Below, piece by piece: positions 44,592-60,950 of a stretch of 64,000 nucleotides of DNA. The notes beneath the pieces are model-generated. The model made no database searches. It was not told where the DNA came from and worked only from the letters and a program-made list of their open reading frames with translations. The translations under genes and the position numbers were made by a program. How positions within the stretch are numbered: the stretch's first letter is position 1; each line of letters begins with the position of its first letter. The DNA comes from the human T2T-CHM13v2.0 reference genome, Homo sapiens. The stretch lies in the NCBI RefSeq assembly GCF_009914755.1, contig NC_060932.1; one strand, 5' to 3'.

Positions 44592-46154
44592 TTATCTCCA
44601 ATGGAACAATACATTTATGATAAACTAAGACCAGTCTGTGGACACAGGTAGCCAATTTACCTTGTGGGAAAGGTAGGGCAAAGTCCTACCTTCTTTCCCA
44701 TTCTGTCTCCTGCCTGACAGCACAAAGAGAAATACAGACCACCGGACTTTGTTGAAACGACGTGTATATTCAGAGTCTGTTCCCACTCCTTCTTACTTGA
44801 ACCTTAAAGCAACAATGAATTTTTGATACAAATAGTTACAAACATTACTTTTTTTTTTTCAATTGGTCTTTGCAAAATAAGTGACTGAATACATTTGCTA
44901 CTTAATGAATAAAGGGAGTTGATTACTTTGCAAATAATCCGTGTGCAGCTCATACGGAGGTACATTTGATATGAGCGGGGTTCTGTATGAATCAACAGTC
45001 TTTATAAAACTCCTAGTCCAAGGAAGGAATGAACATTTCCTGAGCACATTTCATATGCCGAGCTTAGAGATGTCACTTCTCACAGCCTCCGAGAGGTTTC
45101 AAAATAGAGGTTGAAAAGTCACAGTTGATAAAGCCAGCGAGCCAAGAAATTAAGCAAACTGGCCATGTTACATTATTTACTGATATTGAAACCTGAGCCT
45201 TTGCCTGCTTTTCTCCTCTCTCTCATGTATGCATCCATGCGTGTGCCTGTGAGTGTTAGCATGCATGGGCATGTTATATATACCTTTGCATTGCATCCAG
45301 TACCATTACATCCCGACCACTTTCCTTTCCTTTTCTGATCATATAAAAAGTCACCGAATCTCAGCAAACCAATCGGTGTGGTGTGCACGCACATACAAAC
45401 CACTAAATATACTCCTTTATCACAATGTTTCTTCCATGAATAACATGATATATGAATCACACAGTAGAGTATGTACATTTACAAGTGATGAATCTTTCTT
45501 CTGCCTTCAGAGATGATTAACAAGATACTTTTGACAGCATTTTCAAAAAATGCTCTAAAATTAAATGGAAAACCTTCATACCCTTGAGAATTCCATTTAT
45601 TTTCCAATTTCTTACAAAATTATGACAATTTTAAAGTGGTGATTTAAAGATCAACATACAAAGCAGATGATCATTCTGGAGCGAGAATGCAATCGCTATT
45701 ATATACAGACACTGTGCCACATTCCTCGTAAAGAATGGCTAGACTGTCGCTGGACACTAACATATGAGATGATTCCTAAGACTGAGTGCATGAAGCAGAA
45801 CTGCAATTCTAGGTTTGCTTTTACAAAAGCCTCAAAAAAATGACTTCAACCTTTGAGCCACACAATTCAGAAAGGCCTTCTGGAGTGAATGCTGTTTACA
45901 GTAGCTCACATTGCCTTGTAGCACCGCTGCAAATATAAGTCAGCCTCGAGTACCTGTGGCTGTGATTTCTGCAACACATTTTGTCTGTAGAGATCATTGG
46001 CATGGGCCTCTATGGGCATGAAGAAGCGTCATTAATAATTTCAGAAAGCAAGGAGTGTTTATAATGTGAAACATGTATGATGAAACAGAAGAGATGAGCA
46101 ATATTCCTGTTTTTAAGAGGCATAAAGAGTTTGATATAAATCATTCTTGGGTCA

Positions 46155-46499
46155 TGGATGAAGCTGGAAACCATCATTCTCAGCAAACTATCACAAAGAC
46201 AAAAAACCAAACACCTCATGTTCTCACTCATAGGTGGGAATTGAACAATGAGAACAAATGGATCCAGGAAGGGGAACATCACACACCAGGGCCTGTTGTG
46301 CGGTGGGGGGAGGGGGGAGGGATAGCATTAGGAGATATACCTAATGTTAAATGATGAGTTAATGGGTGCACCACATCAACATGGCACATGTATACATATG
46401 TAACTAACCTGCACGTTGTCACATGTACCCTAAAACTTAAAGTATAATAAAAAAATAAAATAAATAAAAATTGGATGACATTTTCACTTGAAAAAAAAT
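46155..46499 (+). mobile_element. Short young L1PA (PA3/4-like) 3' insertion carrying a 20-nt candidate 3' transduction
   Basis: L1 3' UTR with G-rich tract; TSD AAT(C/A)ATTCTTGGGTCA at 46139-46154 and 46500-46515; unique 46471-46490 between two A-tracts. Confidence 0.92.
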
Positions 46500-46799
46500 A
46501 ATAATTCTTGGGTCACAGGCAACCCACTTTCAAAGAATGTGTTGGATGAGTGAGTGTAATCATTTTCTAGTGCCTGCATCTTGGCTTCAGAACCCATTTT
46601 GTCGAAGGGTGCTAGACGGGGTTACCTGGATGAAGGGGTTGGTAGCATTTTTCTCTTCCACGCTTTGCCACTTTTTCTCTGTCTCTGCTTTTCTCGCTGG
46701 ACTCATTGGTTCCTTTATCCCTCCGTGACCTCTGCTGGCCTTGGCCCCTTCCCTCCTGCTTGCCTGTGGGTTTTCTCTCTCCCTGGAGCCCGGGATCTG

Positions 46800-47150
46800 C
46801 GTCTGCCTTCACCTTATTCAGAATCACCTCGAGGACTTGATTAAAAGCTCAGGATTCTGATTTTCATCATGAGTTCCCTGAATCACAATATTTGGAATCT
46901 GGGCTTGGGGCTGTACAATTTACTAAGCTCCCAGGGATGTGTTAGTGCACTATGATGTTTGAAGAAACCTTCCCCTTCAGCACCGGGTAAACGGGGACAC
47001 CCTCTGAGTGGGCTGCGAGCCTCTGAAAGCACTCATATCTCTACACCACCCACAGAAATAGCAACCAGAACATCTGAGCTGGTATTCAGGCATTGGTTTT
47101 ATTTTAAACCCCGCAGGTAACCCTTAGGTGCAGGGCTGGTGATAAGCACT
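46800..47150. mobile_element. Two degenerate MER5-like (hAT) fragments
   Basis: cagaatcacctcgaggacttgattaaaa...ctgaatcacaat...aagctcccagggat and a second similar block ending ggtgataagcact. Confidence 0.5.
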
Positions 47151-47680
47151 CATAAAATCCCAGGCCTTTCCTGACTCATTTTCTTACAACAAGCAAACAA
47201 AAAGCCATGTCCTGAACCTCATTCACTTATGTACATTTCCATATGTCTCTTCAAATACACAGCGACTGATACATAAATAAGAAGTGATCCCAAGTCAAGG
47301 TTCAGTATCACATCCTTCTGAGGTCCTATTTCTCCCTTAAGTCAGAGGAATAGTTGACAAACCTTTGAGAGCCTTCTGGAAGTTCACTATATGCAAGTCT
47401 AGATGTGTGTTTAGAGCAGTGAGCCTTTGAAGTCACAGTGCTGGAAAGTTCCAAACGCAACAATTTCCTGTCTTCACTCACTAGGTGAGGCCTCTGCTCA
47501 CTTCTGTGGCTATACAGCTACCTCCTGAGACTTCCAACAAGGTGGAAAGAAGAGGGAATGCTAGACTCTCCAGCAGATCAGAACTTTATGACTCTCACAC
47601 AATTATCACTGTATAAACAGGCATCATCTTGGTGACAGTTTTCTTCTTCTTTTTAGGGATGGAGAGAAAGAAAAATGGCA

Positions 47681-48209
47681 TTTTTTTCATGTGTCTGTTG
47701 GCTGCATAAATGTCTTCTTTTGAGAAGTGTCTGTTCATATCCTTCACCCACTTTCACAATAGCAAAGACTTGGAACCAACCCAAATGCCTAAAAATGATA
47801 GACTGGATTGAGAAAATATGGCACATATACACAATGGAATAGTATGCAACCATAAAAATTGATGAGTTCATGTCTTTTGTAGGGACATGGATGAAGCTGG
47901 AAACCATCATTCTCAGCAAACTATGGCAAAGACAAAAAACCAAACACCACATGTTCTCACTCATAGGTGGGAATTGAACAATGAGAACACATGGACACAG
48001 GAAGGGGAACATCACACTCTGGGGCCTGTTGTGGGGTGTGGGGAGGGGGCAGGGATAGCATTAGGAGATATACCTAATGTAAATGACGAGTTAATGGGTG
48101 CAGCACACCAACATGGCACATGTATACATATGTAACAAACCTGCACGTTGTGCACATGTACCCTAGAACTTAACGTATAATAATAATAATAATAATAATA
48201 AAATAAATA

Positions 48210-48265
<56 letters not shown>
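47681..48265 (+). mobile_element. L1PA4/5-like insertion with 5' inversion and 14-bp TSD
   Basis: TSD AAAGAAAAATGGCA at 47667-47680 and 48266-48279; 47681-47754 antisense ORF2, then sense ORF2 end and 3' UTR. Confidence 0.94.
48215..48262. repeat. Pure (TA)24 microsatellite inside the L1 tail, preceded by (TAA)n
   Basis: Uninterrupted TA run of 48 nt. Confidence 0.95.
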
Positions 48266-48267
<2 letters not shown>

Positions 48268-50205
48268 AGAAAAATGGCAAAGAGCTTTACTCTCTGAGGG
48301 GTACTCCAGGTGATGGAAGAATGCCTTACGAAGCCTGCCCTCTACTTTTAAACACAGGATAAATGAAAAGAATACCAAAACATAGGGTAGTCATTCTTTT
48401 AAGATTATAAAAATAGTTGTCAGGATTACTTACATATTAAATTATTATATTATAGTATAATATAATGTGTATTCCATATTTTATAAGAATAAAATATTAT
48501 TATTATAATATTAGTGAGGATGACAAGCTAAATAGAAATTTATGAAATGACTTTTTATCATTTCCTGATTTTCCAGAAAGAGAAATAAGAAGAAGACATT
48601 TATTTAAATGACTTGGATAAACAAATGAAATTAGTTTCTGCTGCCTTCACTTAGCCTTTGGAACACATTCCCTCAAATGGAAGTAGAAAAAGCAAAGTCA
48701 TCTACAGCTACAGAAATACAGATGAAAAGAAAGGAAAACTGTCCTAATATTTGTCAATGCCTGAAAATAATTATTCTCTGAAGTTTCATGCACTATATAT
48801 CTAAGAGTCAAGAAATTCTGGTGTAGAAAAAGTTGGGGGGAGGGTGTGGGAGAGGATGAGAAAATACAAGGCTTATTAGGGATCTTACAAATTCAGATCA
48901 CTGCAATGTTTACACATATTGTTACTTCAAAGAGAAGTGACAACTCGAATGGACATTTTAAAGAAACAAAATGTAAAATTTCCTGGTTCTTAAATTTTAC
49001 TTTAAGTTTCAAAATACGTTACTTTGGAGCAAATGTTGTATATCTATATATGTGAAGAGTAATAACTGAATTAAATTTGAAATTTGTCATTAAGTCATTG
49101 ATAAGCAATTTTCCTGATATTGGAATATTTTTATCTAAAAGTAGACAAAATCTTAAGATATACATGCATATGCACGTTTGTGTATACTTATATGAGTATG
49201 TAAAACCGAGGAATGCACATAACAGGTTGTTAATTTAAATGTGCTGGAGTGGGGCTCAGGGAGAGGGTAACAAGAGTAATAGGAGGTGATGTGGGGAATG
49301 GAAGGCAAGAAAACGAACAAAAGGAGATTTGAAACCCATCATAGTAGATATGATTCTATGCATGCATTTGTAAAATCATACGTGTGGGTATATGTAAATT
49401 TTAAAAACATCTTTACAATAGTACTTGAGATAAAGCTCTGAAAAAGAACAGCCATAAAACTTTGGCAAAATAAAAGTCTGATTCCTTCAGGTCCAATAGT
49501 AATTGCCACTTTTTCTCGCTTTTTCCGTGCTACTCTTTGAGGGAAGTGTTTTCAAACAGAGAAAAGAATAACAGCGGCTTTGCTTTGTTTTGTTTTAATT
49601 GGCTAATGTTAAAAATGTATTCCTAGGGGTGATTCCCATCAGCTAGATTTCAGAAGTACATTTGCATAAATATTATTATAAAATAATACAATTACTTAAT
49701 CTCATCATTTCAGAAGCTAAAACTTTGATTTCAGTAAACAAGGGCAGGAATACTTTCCATGTGGAAGTTTGGACTGTTTGCAAAATACATTCCATTATAA
49801 TATTTTGACAATTGTTTTAAAATATGTTTAATAATTGTTTTAAAGTATTATTCATGCTTGTTGAAAGACTGTTAACAATTGTTTGGAATTTGGTAAGGTT
49901 TAGCAGGTTTTAATTCCTTCGCCTCTTGTTACCTGACTTTCACCCAGTGAAACGTGTCTATCTATACTCAGATTCGGTACCACAAATTGACCTAACCCTG
50001 TTTTTCTAGCAAGGATCCTTTTCTCCATTGCCCAGGTTAACATAATTTTAGTAATATATCCTATAAGACTTTTGCTCAGAAAGTACATTTTCTAATAATA
50101 GAAGTATATTATTACTTCCATTATTCTATGCAGAAGATGAACCCATTTCATTGTTTTTATTATTTTACTTTGTCATACGCGATGGATACGTATTTTTGAG
50201 AGTTA

Positions 50206-50604
<399 letters not shown>

Positions 50605-50883
50605 TCAGAAAAGACATGCGGAGCTGCCAGCTTACAGACGTGCTCCTGACATCCTCATTCCTTAATCAGAAACCCATATACGTTAACATGAAGAAAATAG
50701 TTGAAATTACATATGCTTAAAACTTGGGTACAAATATAAGGATAGTATGTTCTTTTCTTGATGAGACGGCACAGCTTAAATCCCTTTCTCTTATCTAATA
50801 TTCTGTCTTACAATATTACAGACACAAGAGGAGGCCTTTATTCAGCTTAAACAAAAATACTATGAACCAGATTAGTTTTCTTA

Positions 50884-50921
50884 GATGATAGATTGATAGA
50901 TAGATAGATAGACAGATAGAT
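50884..50921. repeat. Interrupted (GATA)n microsatellite
   Basis: gatgatagattgatagatagatagatagacagataga. Confidence 0.85.
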
Positions 50922-53592
50922 TATTCCCAAATAGAAAAAACTCAATTATATATTTTTAAACTATTTTTACCATTCCCTATTTAACATAATTATAGACATC
51001 TTAAAATGGGTGCACTAGAGTGAAATCGTCTCTTAAACAAAGAAGATCATTAAAAATGTGTGATGAGTTTAAACACCTTTCCTGAAAAAAAAAATCCTGT
51101 GCCTTTTTAAATTGCAATAACTCTTTCAAGACATTAGAACAACCGTGGGTATATTGCCATTTCAGACATGAAAGGATACTTTAATAACTTGAGAAAGTTA
51201 CAACAGCTTCCAAAAACTGCTTAAGTTTTCTTATGCTTCCCGAGAATCTGGCCCGAGATTTTATATATATATATAAAGTTGCAGCCACTGGGCTCCCCTG
51301 TGATGCAATGTAGGTACCACTCCAGGCACGGAGATAATTTTCTAAGTGGGCCTATCTGATCCTCGAAGAGCTAACCCGGTTTCTGAGTGCCTGACTTGGC
51401 TCTCAGGGAGCAGCTTAAGCGTCATAAGACTCTGACTCACTCAGTCACTTTGAGCCAAAGGATCCCACGGAAGCCTGTGCCATTAGCTCTGTGCTGGATG
51501 TTGCTGATGAATTGGGAGAAAACTTGGGAGAGGGGAAGCAATCTTAGCCTCATGGCGTGTAGCAACAGAAAACGATGTTGAAACCAAAGGGCTGTGTCCT
51601 GTATACATTAGATCATGGATACACTGATTAGTGCAAATGCACATGATTACCTATTCCTGCAACTAGTGAATGTGGTACCCTGGGCCCCACTCTTCCATAA
51701 AGAGGAATTTGAACCATTTGTATATCACACATCTGGACCAGAATAAGGCCACAGGCTGCCACATTTGGGATTGCATAGTGCCAACTTTGTCTTATGACAC
51801 TATTCTAAATCTTTTTCTTAAAACTGATTTCTCAGTTGTTTGAGTTCAAATTCAAGAAGTCTGGCTAAGCGTGAAAGCAATCTCCTTTGACATAGTCATG
51901 CTGAAGTTGTCCTATCCTGTTTCTTTAGTAACAGTGAGGACTGACAAAGTGCCTATTTCAACAGCTGGAAGATTTCCAGGATGACGTTGGAAACAGAAAC
52001 ATCTGGATGTTCTTTGTTGTTGGGCAGCCTAACACACACCGCCTGGCAATACCATCAGCACAGAGCTCAGAATTTGTGCGCACAATCCCATCCTTTAAGG
52101 TGTCAGCCCATCGGTCATGGTGGAAATGAACATTTCCTTATGCAATTCATCTTTTAAGAGCTGTGTACTATGTCTAGAGTACAGATCACACATGTCTAAA
52201 AATATCAGAAATATCGGGTATTTCCAAATGGAATTTAGCAAAACATCACACTGAAACAATACTGAATGAATGAGATTGGGAAAAATCAAGCAAATATCTT
52301 CCTTCAGGCAACTGAAAATAGAGGGCTAATAGACTGGCCAGAGAAGAATATAGGATCACTACTTTTACTAAATTACTTAAATTTGATACGCTGCTGGGAG
52401 TCAGGGCGTGCTTCAGCTCCGCCTGCCAATACCAGTAAGTGGAGAAATTAGTAAGAAACCCAACGTAATCAACTGAATACTTACAGAGTTAGTATTTTTT
52501 CAAATGATTGATTATACACAGTAATTCACTTTCTAATATAGATGGATTTATAAACAACTTTTTTCTCTTGTTCTAAGAGATTGTCCTATTGGGGATTATT
52601 ATTATTTTGTCAGAAGCAAGTGAAAAAATAAAAATAATTATTTCAAATAAATACAATTACTGAAAGTTAACACAACTCCTGCTGAAAAACCTTTCCTGTG
52701 TTGATGTTAGCATTGATCATTTGAAAACAAAAAGATAATAATACAATGAAGTTCATCTATCTTGAGACACCATAATATTCCGGATACTGAAATCCAGAAT
52801 GTAGTCTAGTCAAGAAGAAGGTCATTGTTAGAGAAAGCCCAATGTTATGCAGAGAATAACCTTGAAACTTTCAACAAAGATGCCTCCCTAGCCTTTGGTT
52901 CATGTGGCCCATGACAAAATCTTTTTAGTTTTTAATCATCAATTTGGTCTCAGTGTTGAGACAAATGGGAAAACCCTTCTTATATAGAACTCCAATAGCC
53001 TGCTTATTTTTTAATAAACAAATACCTACACAGCCCAGCATGCTTATTTTTTAGATCATGAAATGCATTATTAAATAGCTAAGCCAAGCAACATTCTAGT
53101 GATAATGTCACTCATAGGCGATTAGTTGGTGATTGATCTGCTGTCCGCACCCCACTGCCCGCTCAGCATCACTAGCTACCCTCGAGTGACCAGCAGCCAC
53201 CACCAGAACAGGAGAGCTGATTTCCTCTACCACAAAAGACACCTAAGGGACCATGGGACCCAGAGTGGTTTCCATGTGCAATCAGACATCAAGCTGAATT
53301 GATTCCAGTGCAGGTCCCAAACCCAGAGTCAGATACAAGGGTCGGACCTCGGGAATGGTCCTCCAGGACTGGCAGGTCCCCTACTAACCTCCAGAGCATT
53401 GGCTCACTGTGGGCTTAGAGGATACCACTGAAGAAGAACAAAACTTACAAGTAAGTGCCTGTTTCTGGTAAAGTGTGCTCCTATGCGGGAACCGAAAAAA
53501 ACTGCCATCTTTTTAAAGTTTAAGATCCATTTACTAAAACTATGGAAGAGACACACACCATTGGGTCCAAATGAAGACTAATTTTTTTCTTA

Positions 53593-53955
<363 letters not shown>

Positions 53956-55757
53956 CTAGTAATGGTAATGTATACGTGAGTTCTCTGTGCTAACTGAATT
54001 ATCTCATTTAACTGCTAACCATTTCATTACGTACATGCCCGGTTATCTATAGTTTACATGCATTTGGAATTTAACAATTATATATACATAAGCAAATGTA
54101 AAATGACCTTACATCTCAAGATGGATACATATACACACCCTTAGGTGTGTGTATGCATGTGTTTATTTACTTCCATTGTGTGCATTTTATTAAAATAAAT
54201 AGCCACATGCAACATATTATTTGTGAGTGTGAAACAAAACAAAACGTTCAATCAAATTTGATAAGTATAGAATTAGACTGCACTGAACCTTTTGCAAGGT
54301 TTTGTGACAGTGATTTGTAATTGCAAAGGAGAAATAAAGTTTGAAAGGGTATATAATTACTGCTCAGTGAAAGTGACTATGCATACCTGTATCATCTAAA
54401 GGAATTTTAAATAGCATACCAATATTTCATACCGTAATTAAGAATATGTCCCTGGCCACATGTTTTCTTTCAGATTTTATGTATTCTCTCTCAAAATTAT
54501 TTGCCATTAGCAATCATCTTTGTGGATTTATAGATATCAAATAAAGTACGTGAAAATACTCCAAGGTGAAAAAATCCTTTTGGAAAAAATATTTATTTTA
54601 TTTAAAAATGGCCATATGTATAATGTAAAAATGCAAAAAGTTTATATCATTTTAGCCATGTTTTGATGCTAGAAAAAATGTGAATTAGTGAAATTTATGG
54701 ATTTACCAATAGTATCTTAATTTACGTCAGGAAACAAATACAGAAAAAATAAAAGCAAAAATTTATGGCAACTGCATGACCATATATTGGAATGTGGCAA
54801 ATATATTTGAAGTAACGTTTGGAAATTTTGTTGATATGGGAAAATCTTTGCAATAGAATGTTAAACTTGAAAAGTGGATAAAAAATTGTCCATCTGTTAT
54901 AAATGTAATAAAAGAAAAATTTTATTCAGTGAACACGGCAGTGGAAATTAAAAACATGTTAATAATGGATAGCACTGGGATTGCTTTATAGATCATATTT
55001 TTTGATATATTATATATATATATTTTTCCCAAATAAGTTGCAATTGTTATTTTTATACCTATGCATTATTCTGTAGTTTAAAAATATGAAATCAGGGTAA
55101 TTTTTATTAACTTGAGCTCCTGAAGAACACTTGATTTTTTGTGATAATTTTTAAAACAACCAAATTATATTTATTAATATTTTAATTTTTCTTGTTAATT
55201 TCTTAAATTCACATTTGCAGCCTATGAATCACATATCGATATACATAATTATATGTAATTCAATTCTTTTGTTTTTTAAAGCAATGCAACACATTCTTTT
55301 ATGACTACAACATAAGCAAAATTAAATATATTAAATATATAACTTTTATTTTGTCATGTTTAACCATCCAAAGATACTATATAAGAAAGACATACGGCAG
55401 ATGCAGAATTCCAAAAAAATTATGATAGTTGAGCAATTTCTAAAATCTGCATGATAAGTTATTTCTATGTGTGAATTTCCATATAAATACATAACCAACC
55501 AAAAGTTTCCTTTACTTTAGTAATTTTATTTTGCATTTTTATGTTTCTTGGAATATGTCTAACTTGCCAAATATTAATTATTTTATTATACTCTTACCCA
55601 TCACTTTGTAATTTACAGTGTATGTTAGAACCTGAATTGCTTTATCCTGATGAAATAGACACTTTAATAATAACACTGCCGATGAGCAAAATTTACCCTA
55701 AAATAATAATAATCTCAGTAAGTAGATTGTAAGTAAGTAAATAGTAAGTAATAAGTT

Positions 55758-56080
55758 TGTATTAGTCAGTTTGGATTAGATTACACTGCCGTAACTAACA
55801 GCCCTGCAACTGTAGTAGCTACAGTTGGAAGTGAATTTCTCACAAATGTGGCATGTCTAGGTCTGTGAGACACAGGTCCCTTCTTCAGTTGCTATGGCAG
55901 GTGGAAAAAGGTCTTAGGAAAGCAATCAAAGACGCTGACCCAGAAGTTGAATACAGCATTTCCTCATATACCTAATTGACCAGAACCCATGACAAGGTTC
56001 CTTTAATCTACAAGATTCAAGAAAAGACATTCCACCTGATGGAGACCAAAAATATTTGATGAACATCATCAATCATGTTC
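55758..56080 (-). mobile_element. Old MaLR LTR fragment (MLT1I-L-like)
   Basis: tgtattagtcagtttggattagattacactgccgtaactaacagccc reverse terminus. Confidence 0.55.
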
Positions 56081-56329
56081 ATACTCACTTAACCGATAAC
56101 AAAAAAAGCAAATATACCAATGAGCCAATGAGGTGTTTAGAAAGCAATTTCTTCTTTGCTTTTTTTTTTGATGATTTAAATTACAGTGAGGAATTCCCTG
56201 ATACTGTATTTCTAAAATACACACACACACATACACCCCTTCTTGATTACATATGTGTATTTTCCTATGGCTTTATTTTTATTAGAACAATCTCATTGGG
56301 GTTACATTAATGCTGGCTTGATGAAATGT

Positions 56330-57540
56330 TATGAAGGATGCAGCCTGTCTTCTCCATTATCTGTGATAGTGCACAACACTAAGGTTCTCTAGACTTGAAA
56401 GAGAACTCACTCACACCCCTGTAGGGTACTTGTGTCTTTTTCAATGTTCAATCCTTAATCTTTTTTTTCAATTCTTTTCTATGCTACTTTACGCACATTT
56501 TATACTTTTTATGTGAGTCATTTTTGGTATTTTATCTTTTGCTAAAAAAATCACCCGTTTTCTACAGACTTTAAGCTTTGCTGCCACAGAGTTGGTGTTT
56601 TCATGTATAGTCATTTTTCCCCAAAATAGCTTGAGATTTTCATGATGCCACTGAGCTGCATTGGGGAATACGAGCCTGTTAGAAGCAGAAGAAAGAGAGA
56701 AAGAGAAACCTTTTGCCCGGAGGCCATAAAATTTATACTCAACGTGTGCCTGGCATCCAGAAAATTCTGCCAGAATAAATAAATAACCTACGCTTTTAAA
56801 TAAAAAAATTGCTCTATTGTGAGCTTTTCACTGTTTACGTAAAGTTATATTATTTTTATGGTATGGATAATTTCTCTTTTATGTTACCAAATATCTATAA
56901 CATTTTTCTTTCCTAGTTCTTTTTATCAGAATCATAAACAGTTTGTCTATTTTATTGATATTAACAACTCACTCTTGCTTTAAATTGTTTATAACACTTG
57001 AATTTTATTAATAGGATCCTAATTTATTTTTGTTTTTTCTAACTTTTTAATCTTATTATTAAATTTCTTTATTTTTTGATCATTTTGTTCTACGTTAGAG
57101 GACTTAAAGATAGACATTTTCCTTGAAACACAGGTTTTGCTGTCTCACATTGTTTCTCATAGAAAGTACTGTTCTAATGGTTTCCAGATGGGATAGTATA
57201 GGCATTAAGGTTTGAGTTTCTCTTTAATGTAAAATTATAGTGGACTTTTTATGGATAGACATTTGCTTGTAGTTCTATTTTTATTACATGTTTCTACTTT
57301 AATTGGAATATTACAGGGCATGAGACCTATAACTTATTTTAATTTGTTAAGGTTCACTTTGTGGTCAGTTATATAATTGATTTAAACAAAACACTTTTCA
57401 AGAAAAACAATAAATAAGAGTATTCTGTAAGGGATGTGAGCTTCTTCAAACATTTCTTAAATCAAGTTTGTTATCTATATTACTCACTGCTTCATTGCTA
57501 TTTTATTTTTTTCCCTACTAGATGCATTTACTTCTGAAAG
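56330..57540 (-). mobile_element. Highly diverged L1M internal fragments
   Basis: cagtttgtctattttattgatatt...acaggttttgctgtctcacattg...ttaaatcaagtttgtta resemble reverse L1 ORF2; boundaries approximate. Confidence 0.5.
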
Positions 57541-58316
57541 TTGGCTTTCTATTTGTTTTCAGCAGAGGCAGTGATCGGGGTACCCGCCTGTTCCATCGAA
57601 GCGTCCCCTACCTTCTCTGAGGCTCAGCTGCACTCAGTCATTAGGTTTCTCAACGCAGGTAGACTTTTAACATCTTTTCCTATTAACTTTTTCTTTCTGC
57701 TGAGGGCTTCCTTTGTTAACAACCTATAGCTGGGTTTTGCCTTTAACCTCATCCTGTTTGTGCTGTGGTCCACACTCACCCTGCAGCTTGTAACAAATCT
57801 GCAATCAGCCTATTATGGTAAAGGACATAAGGCACAGCTTGACTTGTGGCCAGGACAGAACAGAGATGAGAGTGTAGTGTTCACTTTAAACTTCTTTCTC
57901 CTGAAAATTCATGCTTCCAAGTCAGTGAAATATGCTTGGCTAGAATACGATTTGCACCTGTGACTAACTGTGCCCTGTCATTAGTATCATATCTTTGAGC
58001 ACCACATGTGTATATATTTACTCATTTATAAAAGATGAAAACCTACCCATTTATTAACATTTTGTACAGCATAAAACATAAAAACTGTACATTTACAATA
58101 TGTGATGGAAATACATACAAATGAAATTTCAGCTATTAAGAGTGTTTTGTTGCCCTTCTATGTATCAATATTTCACCCATGGGTGGTGCTTCTTGTCCAC
58201 CCACAAATTGTTTTAACAATGTATGAAAAGGGTGAACATCAGAATACCCTCCTTTACATGTAGTATTACCAGACGATACTATAAACAGGACCTGGTTAGA
58301 AGTTTCTACTTCTCCT

Positions 58317-58559
<243 letters not shown>

Positions 58560-58799
58560 CTACTTTGAGTAATGGTGAGTAACTTCTTTGGAGGTGGGAC
58601 CAGGGCAGGATGAGGTGGTGAAGGATCATGCCCCCACCATACTGTGGTTGTCATGGAGGAGTTTAATGCTCCACACCTAGACCCCAGCTCTGCTTAGAGT
58701 CCTTGATAGAGATGATGGGTCTGAGAATGTTATGCCGAGGTATTTTAGACAGAGCAGAAATTCTCAACTGTTTATGATATTTAACATATATTCCTTTTC

Positions 58800-59480
58800 T
58801 ATTCACTTATTAAAAATAAATACATGTTGACTAAAGACAACTGAGAAAATAAAAATAAACTAAGAGGGAAAAATCACCCATAACCATAATTAACATTTTG
58901 GTGTGTAGCCTTTTTTTAGTGTTTTACAAAGTTATTATCATGAGATATGTATGTATTTATGACACATGTGCCTGCATCCTCTGTTTTTCACATGCTAAGG
59001 ACACCTGAGACGCTTTGAGCTTATGATCTTTGTATTGATACCTGTTATTCTTCATGATTTATCTAATCAGTCCTCTGCTGTTTGAAGCTGAATCATTTCC
59101 AACTCTTCACTGCTATAAATAGTCTTGCAGAAAACATTCTTGAAAAAAACCTGTATAGTTGCTTATTTCTTTATGATATTGATCCAGGAATATAATTTAT
59201 GACTCAAAGGACAAGAATAATTTTAAGAGTCCTACTAAGAATTTACACTACAATACCATGATTTTATATAAGCAATAGCATGATTAGGAAATGCCAGTTT
59301 CTACATAACCTTTTCAATAATACGTCTCATTCACCTGTTTAAATCTATACTAACAAGATAGACAAAAATGATATTTTACTTTTCTTCTTAAATTTGTACT
59401 TCTTTGATATACACTAGAGGTAAGTTTTTAAGTTTTTTAAAAATATTTTCTTAGCTTATTGCGCACTGACTATTCTGATA
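58800..59480 (-). mobile_element. L1ME-type 3' region
   Basis: gatttatctaatcagtcctctgctgtttg...tttccaactcttcactgctataaatagt...gactcaaagg. Confidence 0.55.
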
Positions 59481-59674
59481 TGGACTGTGAACATATACTC
59501 TAAGTAAACATTTTTAAAATGAGTAATTATTAGAGGCAACATCTTTTTCCTTAAAATATTTTCCTCTCTATATTTATTAGATAAGTAACCAGAACAGAAA
59601 TATAAAGAAGAAAATTAGGTGGTATTTATGTCGGCTGTAACAAGAACAACAAAATAGTTAACCATAAGCAACAC

Positions 59675-60464
<790 letters not shown>

Positions 60465-60689
60465 TTACATGTATTAAAAAAGAAGAAAACAGAACAAGCT
60501 TATAAAGCATTCATATAATGTATATAATTATATAAATTTCAGTTGTATCATTCATAGATAATACATTAATAAATAGGATATCAGTGTCTAGTGAGAAAGA
60601 GCGAGCAGGGAGATGAACAAATATAACTATCATTTATGCAGCAATTTAGGGTTTGAAAAGCACTTTTCATAGGAGCTTAGACAAAGAGA

Positions 60690-60950
60690 GAACTGATATG
60701 GTGGGTGGTAGAAAGTGTCTGGGCTCAAGATTTCTCTCGTTAGAATCCTGACTTTTTTTCTTACTATGTCAGAGGACTCTGACATTGGGCATATGACTCT
60801 GACGCTCTAAGCCTAGCTATCTTTATTTACAGAATGAGAGACTACTAAATTTATATCCTCTAGTTACTATAACACTAAATGAAACAATTATTGTCCAATT
60901 CTAAGTATTCTGCCTAAGAAACTAGGCAGTTAGCATATCATAATGTAGTA
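60690..60950 (+). mobile_element. MIR (diverged)
   Basis: gtggtagaaagtgtctgggctc...gacattgggcatatgactctgacgctctaagcct...tttatttacagaatgag. Confidence 0.55.
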
